Part shown: positions 26,101-37,767 of the stretch, in pieces
How positions within the stretch are numbered: position 1 is the first letter of the stretch
Layout: every line of letters begins with the position of its first letter
Origin: Octopus vulgaris
Taxonomy: Eukaryota
DNA: 64,000 nt
Assembly: GCA_951406725.2 (NCBI GenBank)
Contig: OX597825.1
Span: 86,180,001 to 86,244,000, forward strand
Direction of reading: 5' to 3'
Translations under genes and position numbers: made by a program
Notes under the pieces: generated by a model
Databases searched by the model: none
What the model saw: the letters and a program-made list of their open reading frames with translations, nothing else
Told to the model about the DNA's origin: nothing

Positions 26101-29100
26101 AGAACAATTTCTTAACTAAAACATCATCTGTAAATTGCCAGGCACCACCACAACAACAACAGAAACAACAATTAAAACCAGTTAAACAACGACAGATTGC
26201 GAAATCTCAGCAGGTCCAGCTGAAACAGAAATCCTCTCAATTACTTCAACAGAAAGACACAGCTTCATCGGAGACGAAACAGAAGACTTCATCATTGCCA
26301 TCACATCACAGCTCCTCGCATTTACAACAAGAAAAACATCTTGTAGATTTACAATCTCAGAAACCTACAACACATTTACACAAACAGAAGCAGCAGTCTG
26401 TGCAATCCAAACAACAGCAGCAGCAGCATCCACTGCAATTCCCGGATGCAAGACACCCTCCACAATTACAAGAACAACCTGCTGCACAACATCAGCAGAA
26501 AAAGCAAATGCTGCATGTGCAGCAGTTTGTTTCACAGCTTCAGCAACAACCATTACAGCCACATCATCCTCCCAAATTACTTCAGCAACAGGTTTTGTCA
26601 CCAACCAAACTATTGGAACAGTGTCGCCCTCCATTAAACCTTCAAGAACAACTACCACCCCAGCTGTACCAACACCGACCATCGACCGCACCGGCCAAGA
26701 TCCAAACATCGGCATTGCTACAACCAAAAGAATCTCACTCAAGTCCAACCAAACAGATGCAACAACAACAACCAGTATCGCATTCAACCAAACCAAAGAA
26801 GAAGGCTGACAATGGAATTGTTGAAAGAAACAGGCAAATTCCATTGATGAAAAAAGCCAAATCTCTTTCCAAGAAATCTCTCAATAACCATATACATCCT
26901 CCAGACAGTAAGGCTTCTTTATTGTCTCAGCCACCGCCAGCCAATAATATTGAGGAACCAGTTGTAAAGAAGACTGAAGAATCGTCTGAAATGAAAGCCA
27001 TTGATGATAGGTTGTGCAGCCAAAGTTTTGTTGAATCTCTAAATACAAAGCAGTCTGGGACGTTTGGAAGTAACGTGGATGGGTCAAAGCTGCCCAAAAT
27101 CAAGGATGATATAGTTTTACAAAAAGAAAAGGATGTCTTAACAGATAAAATATCTTGTCAGTCTGAAGAGGACTTTGAGTCTTTCCCCAGTCAGAAGGTA
27201 ATTCAAAATGATGTAAATTTTATAAAATCTGATAACTTAAGAAGTCTCCAGAAATTGAAGAAAGGAAAGAAACTTTCAAAGCTTCAGAAGTTACACCTCA
27301 CTGATAAGAAAAATACTTCAGAAGAACTTCTGAAGTTGGCCGAAAAACATTCCTTAAATGCTCCAGACTCTCCCAAAACTGAAGGCCCAAGCAAATTAAA
27401 AAGAAGTTCGTTAGTTAGACGTAAAAAAGCTGCATTTAACAGTAATTTCAAAAATCAAGTTGAATCTCTTCAAGGAACAATGACGGATCCTTGCATTCAG
27501 AACACTTGTGATTCCAAAGCTGGATTCCATTCAAGTTATAGAAATTGTAACGATTTATGTGATAAAACCAAGACTGAAATAGGTGGGTTATTAAATGGGA
27601 ACCAAGTTCGCAGAAAACCAGGAAGACCAAAGGGCTCTAAAAACAAGTCGATGCTAAAGAAAACTTTGGCGTCACAGAAATTACCGACCATGTTTGAGCA
27701 ACCTGAAAATAATGGGATTCCCAATAATATGACCCATAATAACTTGATGTCTGGTAAACTGAGTCAGCGGAGCTCAAGGAGTTCTTTGAGTGGTTCAACT
27801 CATAGCTTGTCCCCTATTGTGAAACGTCCCCGAGGGAGACCTCGGAAAAATCCAACTGCTAATGCTTTACGGCCTTTGGAAAATAAGCGTTTACGGCATT
27901 TAGAAGAGGTAACTCAGACTGGATTGGAATGTGAGAACTCTGAAACCTTGGAGACTAAACGAAGATCCGGGTTAGGGCAAAAACTCCCTTCTGAAGAAGG
28001 AGATTTTGATTCATTGATCAGGAGTGTTCACGATTCAATTAAATCTCAGTTCCATGGCCAAGAGGAAACCGAAGATTTTAATGACTTCAATTTGACTGAT
28101 AATTTAGACACCATTGAACCCACTCTTGTTAATGTTTGCATTCAGCAAGAAACCAAACCCACTCGAGTTGTTCCGAAAATCAGGAGGCCTAAGCTTCACG
28201 TGATGATGCGTAGGCCTCGTCGTGGACGAAGGAAAAAAAGAAGTGTTTCATCAAACAGTCATCAGTCATTTCTTCGAAGCTCTTTTTCATCAAACGTTAA
28301 TCTCCCTGCAAAAGCTTCATTTTCTTCATTTACTTCCAACAACATTCATCTTAATCAGCCGTCTTTTACATCAGATGGAAATTCTTTTTCTAGTTTTGCT
28401 GCAACATCAACCACAATCTCCAAAGCGGGATTTCACTCACAGTCATTCAAAAAATTTACTCGCCAATGTGCAAAACGTAAATTAATCAGTAAGAAGAAGA
28501 AAAAACGGATGCTTTATTTTAGGTCTAAGCATAAAAATATAGTCGATCCAGTGTTTCTTGCAGATCTTGATGTAATAATTGGACAATTTGATAGTTTGAT
28601 AATATCAGAATCTCTTGAACATCTTGCAAAGTTTAACATGGGTGACAAACCTATGCCAAGCATATTTCGGTTAGCAAAAATTATCAGCAGTAAAAAGAAA
28701 AAAAAGGAAAGGCAACTGACATATAATGAACAGAATAACTGCCACTTTTCCTATGAGGACATGCAGTGTCAGCTCTCTCCGCAGATAAGCCCAACAGAGA
28801 ACCAGCAGTCAGCATTCCATTATTTAACAGACAAATCTAAGAAAGTTAAGTTACGTAAGGAGTTGAGAGAACGTTGCTCGAAAGATGTTGGGGACAGAAG
28901 GAACAAAGCAGCAGCAGCAGCTGAAAAATTACTGAAGGAACATGTCAAAGTTGGGGTGAAAGAACCGAGCGGAAAGAATCGTCGAGAGACTTGTGAAAAA
29001 GTTGTCAAGGATACGAAAGAGCGAGAAAAAATGAGCCGAGGTTCATCTCTTGATAGAGCACGCAGATGCTCTTCACTTGACAGAGTACGAAAAGGTTCGT

Positions 29101-29979
29101 TAAATAAAGTACGCAAGGGGTCGTCATTAGATCGAAGTGGCAAAACGTCTAATGAGTGCCACTTTGAGAAAAATGGTTCTGATGAACAAAATGGTGATAT
29201 TAAATTTCACAAAAGTTACGTTAAAACTTTGAATAATGCCATCGAGAAATCCACTGATGTTGACAATAAGGTATCTAAAAATGATACAACATTGGAACAT
29301 ATAAAAACCAAAGATTCAGAATTAACCGAGACAATTCCTGAGAAATCCTTTGCAAAATCTAATCGTAAGGTTTCCATAACTCCAAAATCTGATAAATCAT
29401 TAGAAAAGTCATGTGATAAGCCGTTAGAATCAGAGAAAAACATTGATAAATCATTGGATAATTCAAAAGTGTTATTTCAGAAGGAGGAGAATCTTCGAAG
29501 AGTAAATGATAAGATGAATTATGTCGGCACTGTTCACAGCAAAGAAAATGCCGAAAATTCTTATAGAGAGAAATGTCCACAGGAGTTGTTAGAGAAACCG
29601 CCTCGTAAAGAGTGCTTTGATAGAAATCGGAAAGATTTCTTGGAAAAATCTCGGAAAGACTCAGGAGAGAAAATTCGCAAAGAAATTGGCGAGAAAAGCC
29701 ATAAAGAGAAAAATAAAGTAATTCGTCGGAAAAGTGCCTCTGAAGAGAATCTATGCCAGACTGGTGAAGAGATGAAAATGAGCAACCAGCAGTGTTTGCC
29801 ACCAAAGAAGAGACATAAACTCTTTTCCAGTGTCCAATCATCTGCTGAAGGAGATTGTCAGATGTCAAATGGGAAAGCTGATCCCACACTTCAGTGCTTA
29901 AAGACACCGGAAAAGCGTAAAGTTGGCCGACCCCGCAAACATCCATTACAGTATGAAGAACTCCCTAATGTAGATTCTG
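23199..29979 (+). CDS. ASH1L: Giant internal coding exon (6,781 bp) of a probable ASH1L/Ash1 histone H3K36 methyltransferase (N-terminal low-complexity/AT-hook region)
   Basis: Polypyrimidine tract plus TAG acceptor ending 23198; open frame from AAT GTT GGT (phase 0) through ORF 23388-29987; donor G|GTGAGT at 29980 (phase 1). AT-hook motifs RGRGRPPK, KPGRPKG, RPRGRPRK, KVGRPRK; SPDSGIQS; basic stretch then DPVFLADLDVII...PSIFR resembling the vertebrate ASH1L/SETBP1 DPDFIAELEELI...PTIFR block (recalled); LPPKKRH. SET domain not in window, so the gene name is inferred. Confidence 0.85.
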
Positions 29980-30078
29980 GTGAGTAATTAAACAGTTTGG
30001 TGCAACTTCTTTCATGCTGTCTTCTTCAAAGACATCTTACACATTTCTTCTTTATTGAAGTTAGTGATCTAGTAAGGA

Positions 30079-30200
30079 GTGAAGGCGCATGGCTCAGTGG
30101 TTAGACTGTGAGGTTGTGAGTTTGAATCCCGGACCGGGCTATGTGTTGTGTTCTTGAGCAAGACACTTTATTTTATGATGCTCCAATTAACTCTGCTGTA
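30079..30200 (+). mobile_element. tRNA-headed SINE fragment
   Basis: GTGAAGGCGCATGGCTCAGTGGTTAGA...GAGTTTGAATCCC...CTTGAGCAAGACACTTTATTT; homologous to the head of the inverted copy at 31860-31987. Confidence 0.8.
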
Positions 30201-31681
30201 GGGTCAAAATTTTTTCTTTAAGAATTTTCTTCTTTCTTTTTTTTTTAAGAAACACTAAAATCTCCTTCCCCAACATCTACCCATCACCTCAAGTTGACTT
30301 GAACTGCCTTCAACACTTCATCTTGTCTGTTAATCTTTAATCTTCATCCATGCAGCATCTCGATTCGAGTGTCTTCTGCCATGAGTCTTGTGTGTGGAAT
30401 TTGGAAGATAGAAAGTATATGGAAGTTTGGGTGGTACCATTTCTGTTTATAGGGAACTGCTCTAACACCACCCCTTTGTCTTGGAGTACCTTTAACATAG
30501 TAAAGTCCATTGTAAACATTGAGACCAAATTTCTAGTCTGACAATAAATTCCTCTTTTCCTTCAACTAGTCTGGGGTCTCTGAGAGAAAAAGTCTAGGAC
30601 TCTGCTCTTCCTCTTCTGAGAAAGGTCAATGTGGTACTTCTTTACCATCTGAAGATGCAATGTGTGTCTGTGTGTCAGCTGCAGTAATTATATTCCATGA
30701 GACGTCCACGAGTTTGTCACTGGTTCTGCTGTTGATCCATGGCTTTCACAATCTTCAGGAAACCTCTTCAGTGGTTCCACTTTAGAATCACTACATGAAT
30801 ACAATGAAGTAGCACCACTTCAGTAACCCCATCAATTACAGGTTGTCCATTAAAGTTCTTCATATATCCTCCTCCTCCTCCTCCTCTTCTTGATCTACAT
30901 TAAATATTTCAAGTTGATATTTGCTTTTTCACCTTTCTAGAAGTTAAAAGCTGTGACTTCAACAAAACCATTGTTATTTTAGTTTTAGAGCCGACACACA
31001 GGGCTTCACTCCTCACCCCCTTCTCACTCACCTACATTGATTGCATCTGGAACAAATAGCCATTCTCCAATATTATTCCTGGCAGAACTGGGCACAGAAG
31101 GAAAAAAATTGGTTTTGAGTTTGTTTTTTTTTGTTGCTTGACTCTTTTTTTTTTTCTTTCTTTTTGTTATTCTTATTCCTCATTTACCATTTCAACTGCT
31201 GCAGCAGAGTTGATTATTTTCCTAAACTCTTTTACTTTTTAACAGTGATTTTATAAATTTATTGAAAATAGAAACACAGAGAGTCTTAGTGGTTAATGTG
31301 ATCTGTAGACATGGAGGTGGGGGGTGAGGTGTCGCTTCAGTTAATTTTTTTTTATTTGTTGTTTATTTTTTTTTCTTGTTGGTTGTAGATTGACTGACAT
31401 TATGCCATTGAGGAAGGAAGGGGTAGATCCTTTTTTAAAAAAAAAATAATAAATTACGTTTGACATTTAATGCATTCCTAGTTCTGGGTGATGGCATTGT
31501 TAGAAACAGTTTGAGAGCTGCAAAACTGGAGGATCGCTGTCTCTTATTTCTTAGTTCAGCTTCTGCTTGGATTTGAACTTTGCCTTCTCCAGGCAGAGTG
31601 ATGCTGTTGATGGCAGCGACACTGGTGACGGTGGTGGTGGTGGTGGTGGTGGTGGTGGTGGTGGTGGTGTAGGTAAAGAAC

Positions 31682-31987
31682 TGGCACTCTTGGTTATGAC
31701 AATGAGGGTTCCAGTTGATCCCATCAACTGAACAGCCAGCTTGTGAAATTAAATGGCTGAGTACTCCACAGACATGCATAACCCTTAACATATTCCTGGG
31801 GGAGATTCAGGGACAAGGCTGGCCCTTTTAAAATACGGGTACAAATCATTTTTGCCAGCTGAGAGGAAACTGAAGCAACATGAAATAAAGTGTCTTGCTC
31901 AAGGGGACAATGTGCTGGCGGGAATTGAACTCACGACCTGATGAATGTGAGCCAAATTACCCAAACCACTTCGCTACGTACCTTCAC
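31682..31987 (-). mobile_element. tRNA-headed SINE (family D body)
   Basis: Reverse complement has the same head as 30079-30200 and the same 3' body as 7800-7960. Confidence 0.8.
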
Positions 31988-32812
31988 TTGGTGTAGATAA
32001 ACTGCCAATAATAATCATGACAATCGATGTGACAAGGATTGTCACATGATCGTGGCAATCCTTCCTGTTTGTGTGTGGAGTAAGAAGCTTAGCCATTTGC
32101 TTTACAATTCTAGGATTAAATCTTTCCAGGATTAACATTTCTTTTCATCTTTCCACTTTGCAATTTGGAGAGGAAAGAGTAACAAACAAATGTCCGTCTT
32201 GAAATCCTAACCTTGGCACCATTGAACTGTGCAAATGCCAGAATTTCATTTATAATATATCAAGTCATCCATTTCCTCCCAATTACTTGCTAGTACAACA
32301 GATGAGTGACAATAACTGGGTACTCGGCACGACCTTGGTGGTTGGGGTACTGCACTACAGTTCACCAGTGTAGGCTTTATGATATCCTTATCTAGTCAGT
32401 CCATACAAATCTTTACCAAATTGGGAAACATTTAGATCAGTAATCAATTCTTCATCTCGGGTTATATCTTATAGGTACAACAGCTTTTCAGTGTCATATC
32501 ACACACTGCCACATGCTGTATGCATACATACATCACAGCAGATACCACATTGCACGTACACACACATATACCATGTGTCCCATCACAAAGCTCACCACCT
32601 CACGCTTACATACATCACATACACACATCACACCACCACATATATGCATGCATGCACACACTCACACATCTTGCAAAGGTAAGCAGAGTTAGCTATGTAT
32701 ATAGTGTGTATCTGTAGATTAATGACTTATATACAAGTTATGTAAACGTTGGCTATGTGGAGGTGAGTGGTGTGTGTGTGTGTGTGTGTGTGTAAATCAG
32801 CCTTGTTTAATG

Positions 32813-33044
32813 CAGTGATTCTCAATTGCCTGTCCATATAAGATTTTGTTGCTAAAGTGTTGTAAATTGGTTTCACTGCTACAATACACAAAAGATTTTA
32901 ATGGTTTTATACAATTCCTAATAATATTTAATTATAGAAATATAAAACGATGTTTCTTACACATGTTGAATTATTATGGAGGTCCAGGAGAATAAAAAAG
33001 GAATCAGAGTAGTCCAGAGGTAAAGAAATAGTTGAGAACCCTTG
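32813..33044. mobile_element. hAT-like MITE, second copy
   Basis: CAGTGATTCTCAA ... TTGAGAACCCTTG termini; interior TAAGATTTTG...TACAATACACAAA shared with 7311-7553. Confidence 0.7.
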
Positions 33045-33303
33045 GGTTTGGATATCTACCTTGAGGAATTGAATAGCAAAATATTACAATGTGTTACTCT
33101 CTCAGAGAGAGAATTAATGCAATAACTCGGGGATCCTTGATACCGACTGGTTCCTGTGAAAGTGGTGTGTAGATAATGTTGTGGTCATTAATTATGTATT
33201 TATGCATGGTAAATCAGTCGCATAATTATGTCTAGGATATTTCCAAGCTACTTTTGTAGATGTGTGGATGGTATATGTGTATTTTTTGTTTTTTCATCTC
33301 TAG

Positions 33304-34561
33304 GTATGGAAAGTAATTATCAGTCTCTTGAGACACCAGTTACTGTGAATAACAACAAGAACTCCGCTTCATATGAATTGGATAAACCATGCAGTGAGAT
33401 GGCATCGCTAGATGGTTCCAGCTCATTGTCGCATTCACAGGCATTTTCTTCACACAGCCGCCCTAAATGCTCCAGGAAGTCGTCTTATGAGGAGAACAAA
33501 TGCTTCACCAACAACAGTGTGAAGTCCAACTGCATTCTAGAGAATTACAATGCACAGCAATCCAAAGATGGTCAGAAAGATGCTCCACGTTTATCAGAAT
33601 CTCGGTGTACAGTTGTACAGGACTCCAGACTTTATAACTACGGTTCAACGGACTGTGACCGTGGGGCTGCTGCATCTGTTGATAGTAGCAGCAATGCTGG
33701 AAGTGTGTGTTCCCGTCAACAGAGTACAAAACTGGCAGCAACTGCTGCAGTGTCGGCTGCAGGAGTAACGGCAGCAGCTGCTGCAACGCCAGCGGCAACA
33801 GTAGCAGCAGTGGTTACAGCCTCTAACACTAGCATCACTACATCATCATCATCATCATTGTCATCATCATCTTCTTCATCTTCATCAACAACAACAACAA
33901 CATCAGCCACAGTAGCACCAATGCCAGCTACAGTGGAAACTGCTGCATCATCATCATCTACATTATCATCACCACCACCATCATCATTATCATCAACATC
34001 ATTATCGTCGTCATCATCATCATCATCATCAACAGCAAAATCTTCTACTGCTAAAAAAGACTGTAAATCTTGCTTGGAATGCCAAAATCTGCAAAACCAG
34101 GTAAGTAACAAAACAGGCAAAGGGAAGACCAAGCTTGCCTCCCCTGAACATTCACCTGATTCGAAAAATGCTGTGGAAAAGATAAAACGTAAACTTGTGA
34201 ACCAAAGTGTTCAACGATTACATAAGGCTGGACAGGTGAGGACTAAAGCTGATTGGTTATCACATGCTGATAACAACCAATCGAAATCACCAGCAGATCT
34301 GGCCAACACTGATTATGTAAACGAAGTGACTCCTGAGAGCCACAATGTTCAGTCAACTGTGATGGATGATGGAGTATCTGAAGCGTGTCATACGGACTCA
34401 AACAGACAGACTAGCATAGATAGCATTTCCTCTAATTCTGTGATAAATTATGTTCAATCAGAAAACGAGCCACTAACCGCCATGCACAAGAAACGCCAAC
34501 GGAGTACCACGGATGATGGCAGAAGTAAACCCAAGAGAAGAAGACAAGAAGGTTCTTCCAG
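33304..34561 (+). CDS. ASH1L: Next coding exon (1,258 bp) of the same gene; Ala/Ser/Thr low-complexity tract, basic NLS-like end
   Basis: Acceptor TTTTTTCATCTCTAG| at 33303; G+GT forms Gly and continues in frame into MESNYQSL (phase 1 matches the upstream donor); donor AG|GTAAGA at 34562 (phase 2). ORF 33228-34565. Confidence 0.8.
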
Positions 34562-35783
34562 GTAAGAAAAGTTGAGCTTTTCTTTTGTTGTTTTTTTCTT
34601 TTAAATTTCATCTTTATTATATCATCGCTTTGATGTCCATTTCAAATTTATTTACACATGATCGTGACAATCCTTCCTGTTCATGTGTGTAGTATGTGCA
34701 TTTGTATATATGTATATATATTTACAGCACGGAAGGTGTTTATAAGCCATTTAAGAAACACACAAAAAAACACCTTCCATGCTGCAATTGTTTTCGTTCC
34801 AGCACACGATCTCAGATCAAGTCACTCGCTATGCAAGTACATCTCCGTATATATAATTATATGTTGGTAAAATGGATTGTTTCCACATAGGTAATGATTT
34901 TGTTCAGTTGATTTCAGGGACTTAAAAAAATAAAACGACAGCAAGGATATTTGGAAGCGTTGGATGTCTTTGATTGGTCATGTGACTGATGACATTGAGT
35001 TTTTTACCTCAAACATTAGGAAGTGATACTGATTCAAAGTTCATCAGTAGGCACTGACTGGTGTATGCCAGTCAGTCTAGATAAGTTCAAGACTGGGCAG
35101 ATGATGTGAAATTTTTCTGGGAAGCAGGAGCTGTAAATCCTATTTAACAACAGACATTTATAACTGACTCTACACATTTCTAACATGGGTGTCTAATGCA
35201 CATTTTGTGTTCTTGTATAAAAGAACCCTCCACCTCCATGTGTGTGTGTGTGTGTGTGTGTGTGCATGTAGCATTGAGAATTATAGCAGGTATGAGAGGT
35301 GTTGCAAATTGTGAATGGCACTGGAATGGCTGAAAGCACAGAAAGGGAAGTGATTGGCTAAAGTATCGCAGACAGGGATTAAAATGAGAAATGGTGTGGA
35401 GGAAACTGGAAGAAACATATCTTCAGTCAAATACAATTATTGTTCTACCCAGAACTAAACACTGGCTCTATGCACTCCTGGGGATATTGCAAGTGTTGTT
35501 GGCCTTGAGGGCTTCTGCCCACAGCCTGGTTCCTCCATAGAGAAATAAAAGCTGTTTTATAAGGAATGTGTAATTTGTATCTAGTCCTCTAGATGTGTGT
35601 TTGTGTGTGTGTGTATGTATATGCAATGAAAGAAGTGTGTCATATTGTGCATGTGATCCTTGCAGAGTGGACAAATATCCGAATGTGGGTCTAGGTGTAA
35701 GTGATGTTATGCATGTGTGGAGCAGAAGTGATGTGTTAAACGAGTGTAATTTGAATGTTCTGAAGTTGCAATTTATTTGTCTA

Positions 35784-37767
35784 TATAGGTTGTCGTCGAC
35801 CTATGACCTATCCCCGACTTACGACCGATTGACTTTATGACAATTGGCACACCAGCTCCTAGCAGCAAAGATAAATAGTCCAGTTGAAATGTAATGGGTT
35901 TAATTTCTTAGAGATTAACCTGTCTGTGGATGATGTCAGCTAACAAATGCTTACCCTAGGTTTGGTTATCGATTGCCACTGTGGTTATCTCAAGTGTGTT
36001 GGATGACCATCCTGTCACAGAGACATCAAATCAACCTCTTATTTGTTTATAAGATGATTACTTGAGACTCTGAAAGTTTTGACTAATGCCAGGCTCGATA
36101 GAGCGTGACTCTTCCAGTGACTTTGCGACTCTTTTGTCTTTGATATTTTCTCAAAACATGTCCCCTAAAATGTCTACAAAGAGGGAATTGTCTTCATCTG
36201 CTCCTCAAATTGCCAAGAAACAAAGAAAGGCCATCGACCTCGACACAAAAATGGTGATTAGACAGCACAAAGGAGGAAAGAAAGTGAATGAGATCACATG
36301 TGAACTGAAGCACGAGAAGTGGCGAATGCAGACAAGGAAGCAGCTGGTAAGTTCGTTAGCTATTTAAACGAAATAATTACGGATGAAGGCTATCTAGCAG
36401 AGCAGATTTTTAACACGGATGAAACCGGAGTGTTTTGGAAATGTGTGCCAGCATGCACTTTCATCAACAAAGAAGCCAAATGCAAGCCTGGATTTAAAGC
36501 ACTTAAGGACAGGCTGACTCTGCTGCTTGGCAGGAACATCGCAGGGTTTAAGCTGAAACCTTTCTTAATTTACCACTCAGAAAACCCACGTGCGTTCAAG
36601 AATGTAGATCAGCACATATTACCCATCTACTTTTGTTCTCAGCCTAAAGCATGGATGACATGAAGACTATTTGAAGACTGGTTTCTGAATTGTTTTATTC
36701 CTCAAATTCATGGTTTTTGTTTGGAGAGAGGAATTCCTTTCAAGATTTTATTGCTTCTGGATAATGCTCCTGGACATCCATCCCATCTATCGGATCTCCA
36801 TCCCAACATGAAAGTGGGTTTTTTCCCATCAAACATAACTCCAGTCATCCAGCCAATAGATCAAGGTTCAATTGCTACACTGAAGGCTAACTATCTTCGA
36901 ACCACCTTCGCTCAGGCCATGGCCACCTACCAAGAACTATCACTGTGAGAATTTTGGTTAAAGTACAATATTCTGACGTGTATCAAGAATATCACTACCG
37001 CTGGGAAGGCTGGGACAAAGAAATGCACGAAAGACATGAAGGGCAGAATTATGTTGGAAAATGGCTTTGTTGACATTCTCGATGGATTTAACAGTGAAGA
37101 TGAACTTGAAATGATTCACGGGAAACTAGTAAAACTGGTTAAAGACATTTCTTTGGAGTGTGAAGTGGAAGATATCAAAGATTTGCTAGACCAAGAATCT
37201 GAAGAACTTACAAAGAAAGAGCTTATTGAAGAGGAAGAACAATGCATGGAGAAAGAAGAGGAGGTTCACTCCAAAAGGATTATCAGAAGGTTTATGTCAA
37301 CTGAATAAACTTGTTGCACGTTTTGAAGCAATTGACTCAAACATCAAATGATTTGCAAGGATTGAACGGATGGCACTCGATGTGTTTCATCCGTATTGGG
37401 AAATTTTTTAAGAGAAAAAGAGACAAACAATTCAGACAAAGCTTACCATGTTTATCAATCAACCAACTCTGGCTCAACAAACGCCATTGAAGGTCCACAG
37501 CCAAGCACCAGTCTACAATAAGTTCTTATACAAGTTTTGCAACTGTATCTTACACTACATTGTGTATTTCTTCTATTTGCATTCTTCGGTATTTTTCTAC
37601 GAACAAATAACACTGTTGTAGCAGAATACAGAATGCTGTGTGCGACTTGTACCTGAGACTGTACTTTAAGACTGTCAAAATATGAAACAAAACTATGTCG
37701 AAGTTTTGGCCGACTTACAACCAGTCAGTCAGAACCAATCGTGGTCGTAAGTCGACGATGACCTCTG
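35784..37767 (+). mobile_element. Tigger/pogo DNA transposon relic (Tigger1/TIGD1-like transposase pseudogene)
   Basis: Imperfect TIRs (TATAGGTTGTCGTCGACCTATGACC vs reverse complement CAGAGGTCATCGTCGACTTACGACC). ORFs KKQRKAIDLDTK (CENP-B-type HTH), QIFNTDETGVFWK, KDRLTLLLG, HSENPRAFK, KAWMT, KILLLLDNAPGHP, IQPIDQG. Internal deletion near 36300 and several stops. Confidence 0.95.

Noticed and set aside
30290-30870. Complex-sequence block that could be an extra exon or LINE ORF1 relic
   Set aside because: No recognisable motif; the flanking exons already join in frame without it.
33716-34132. Asp-rich antisense ORF
   Set aside because: Antisense reading of the poly-Ser TCA tract.
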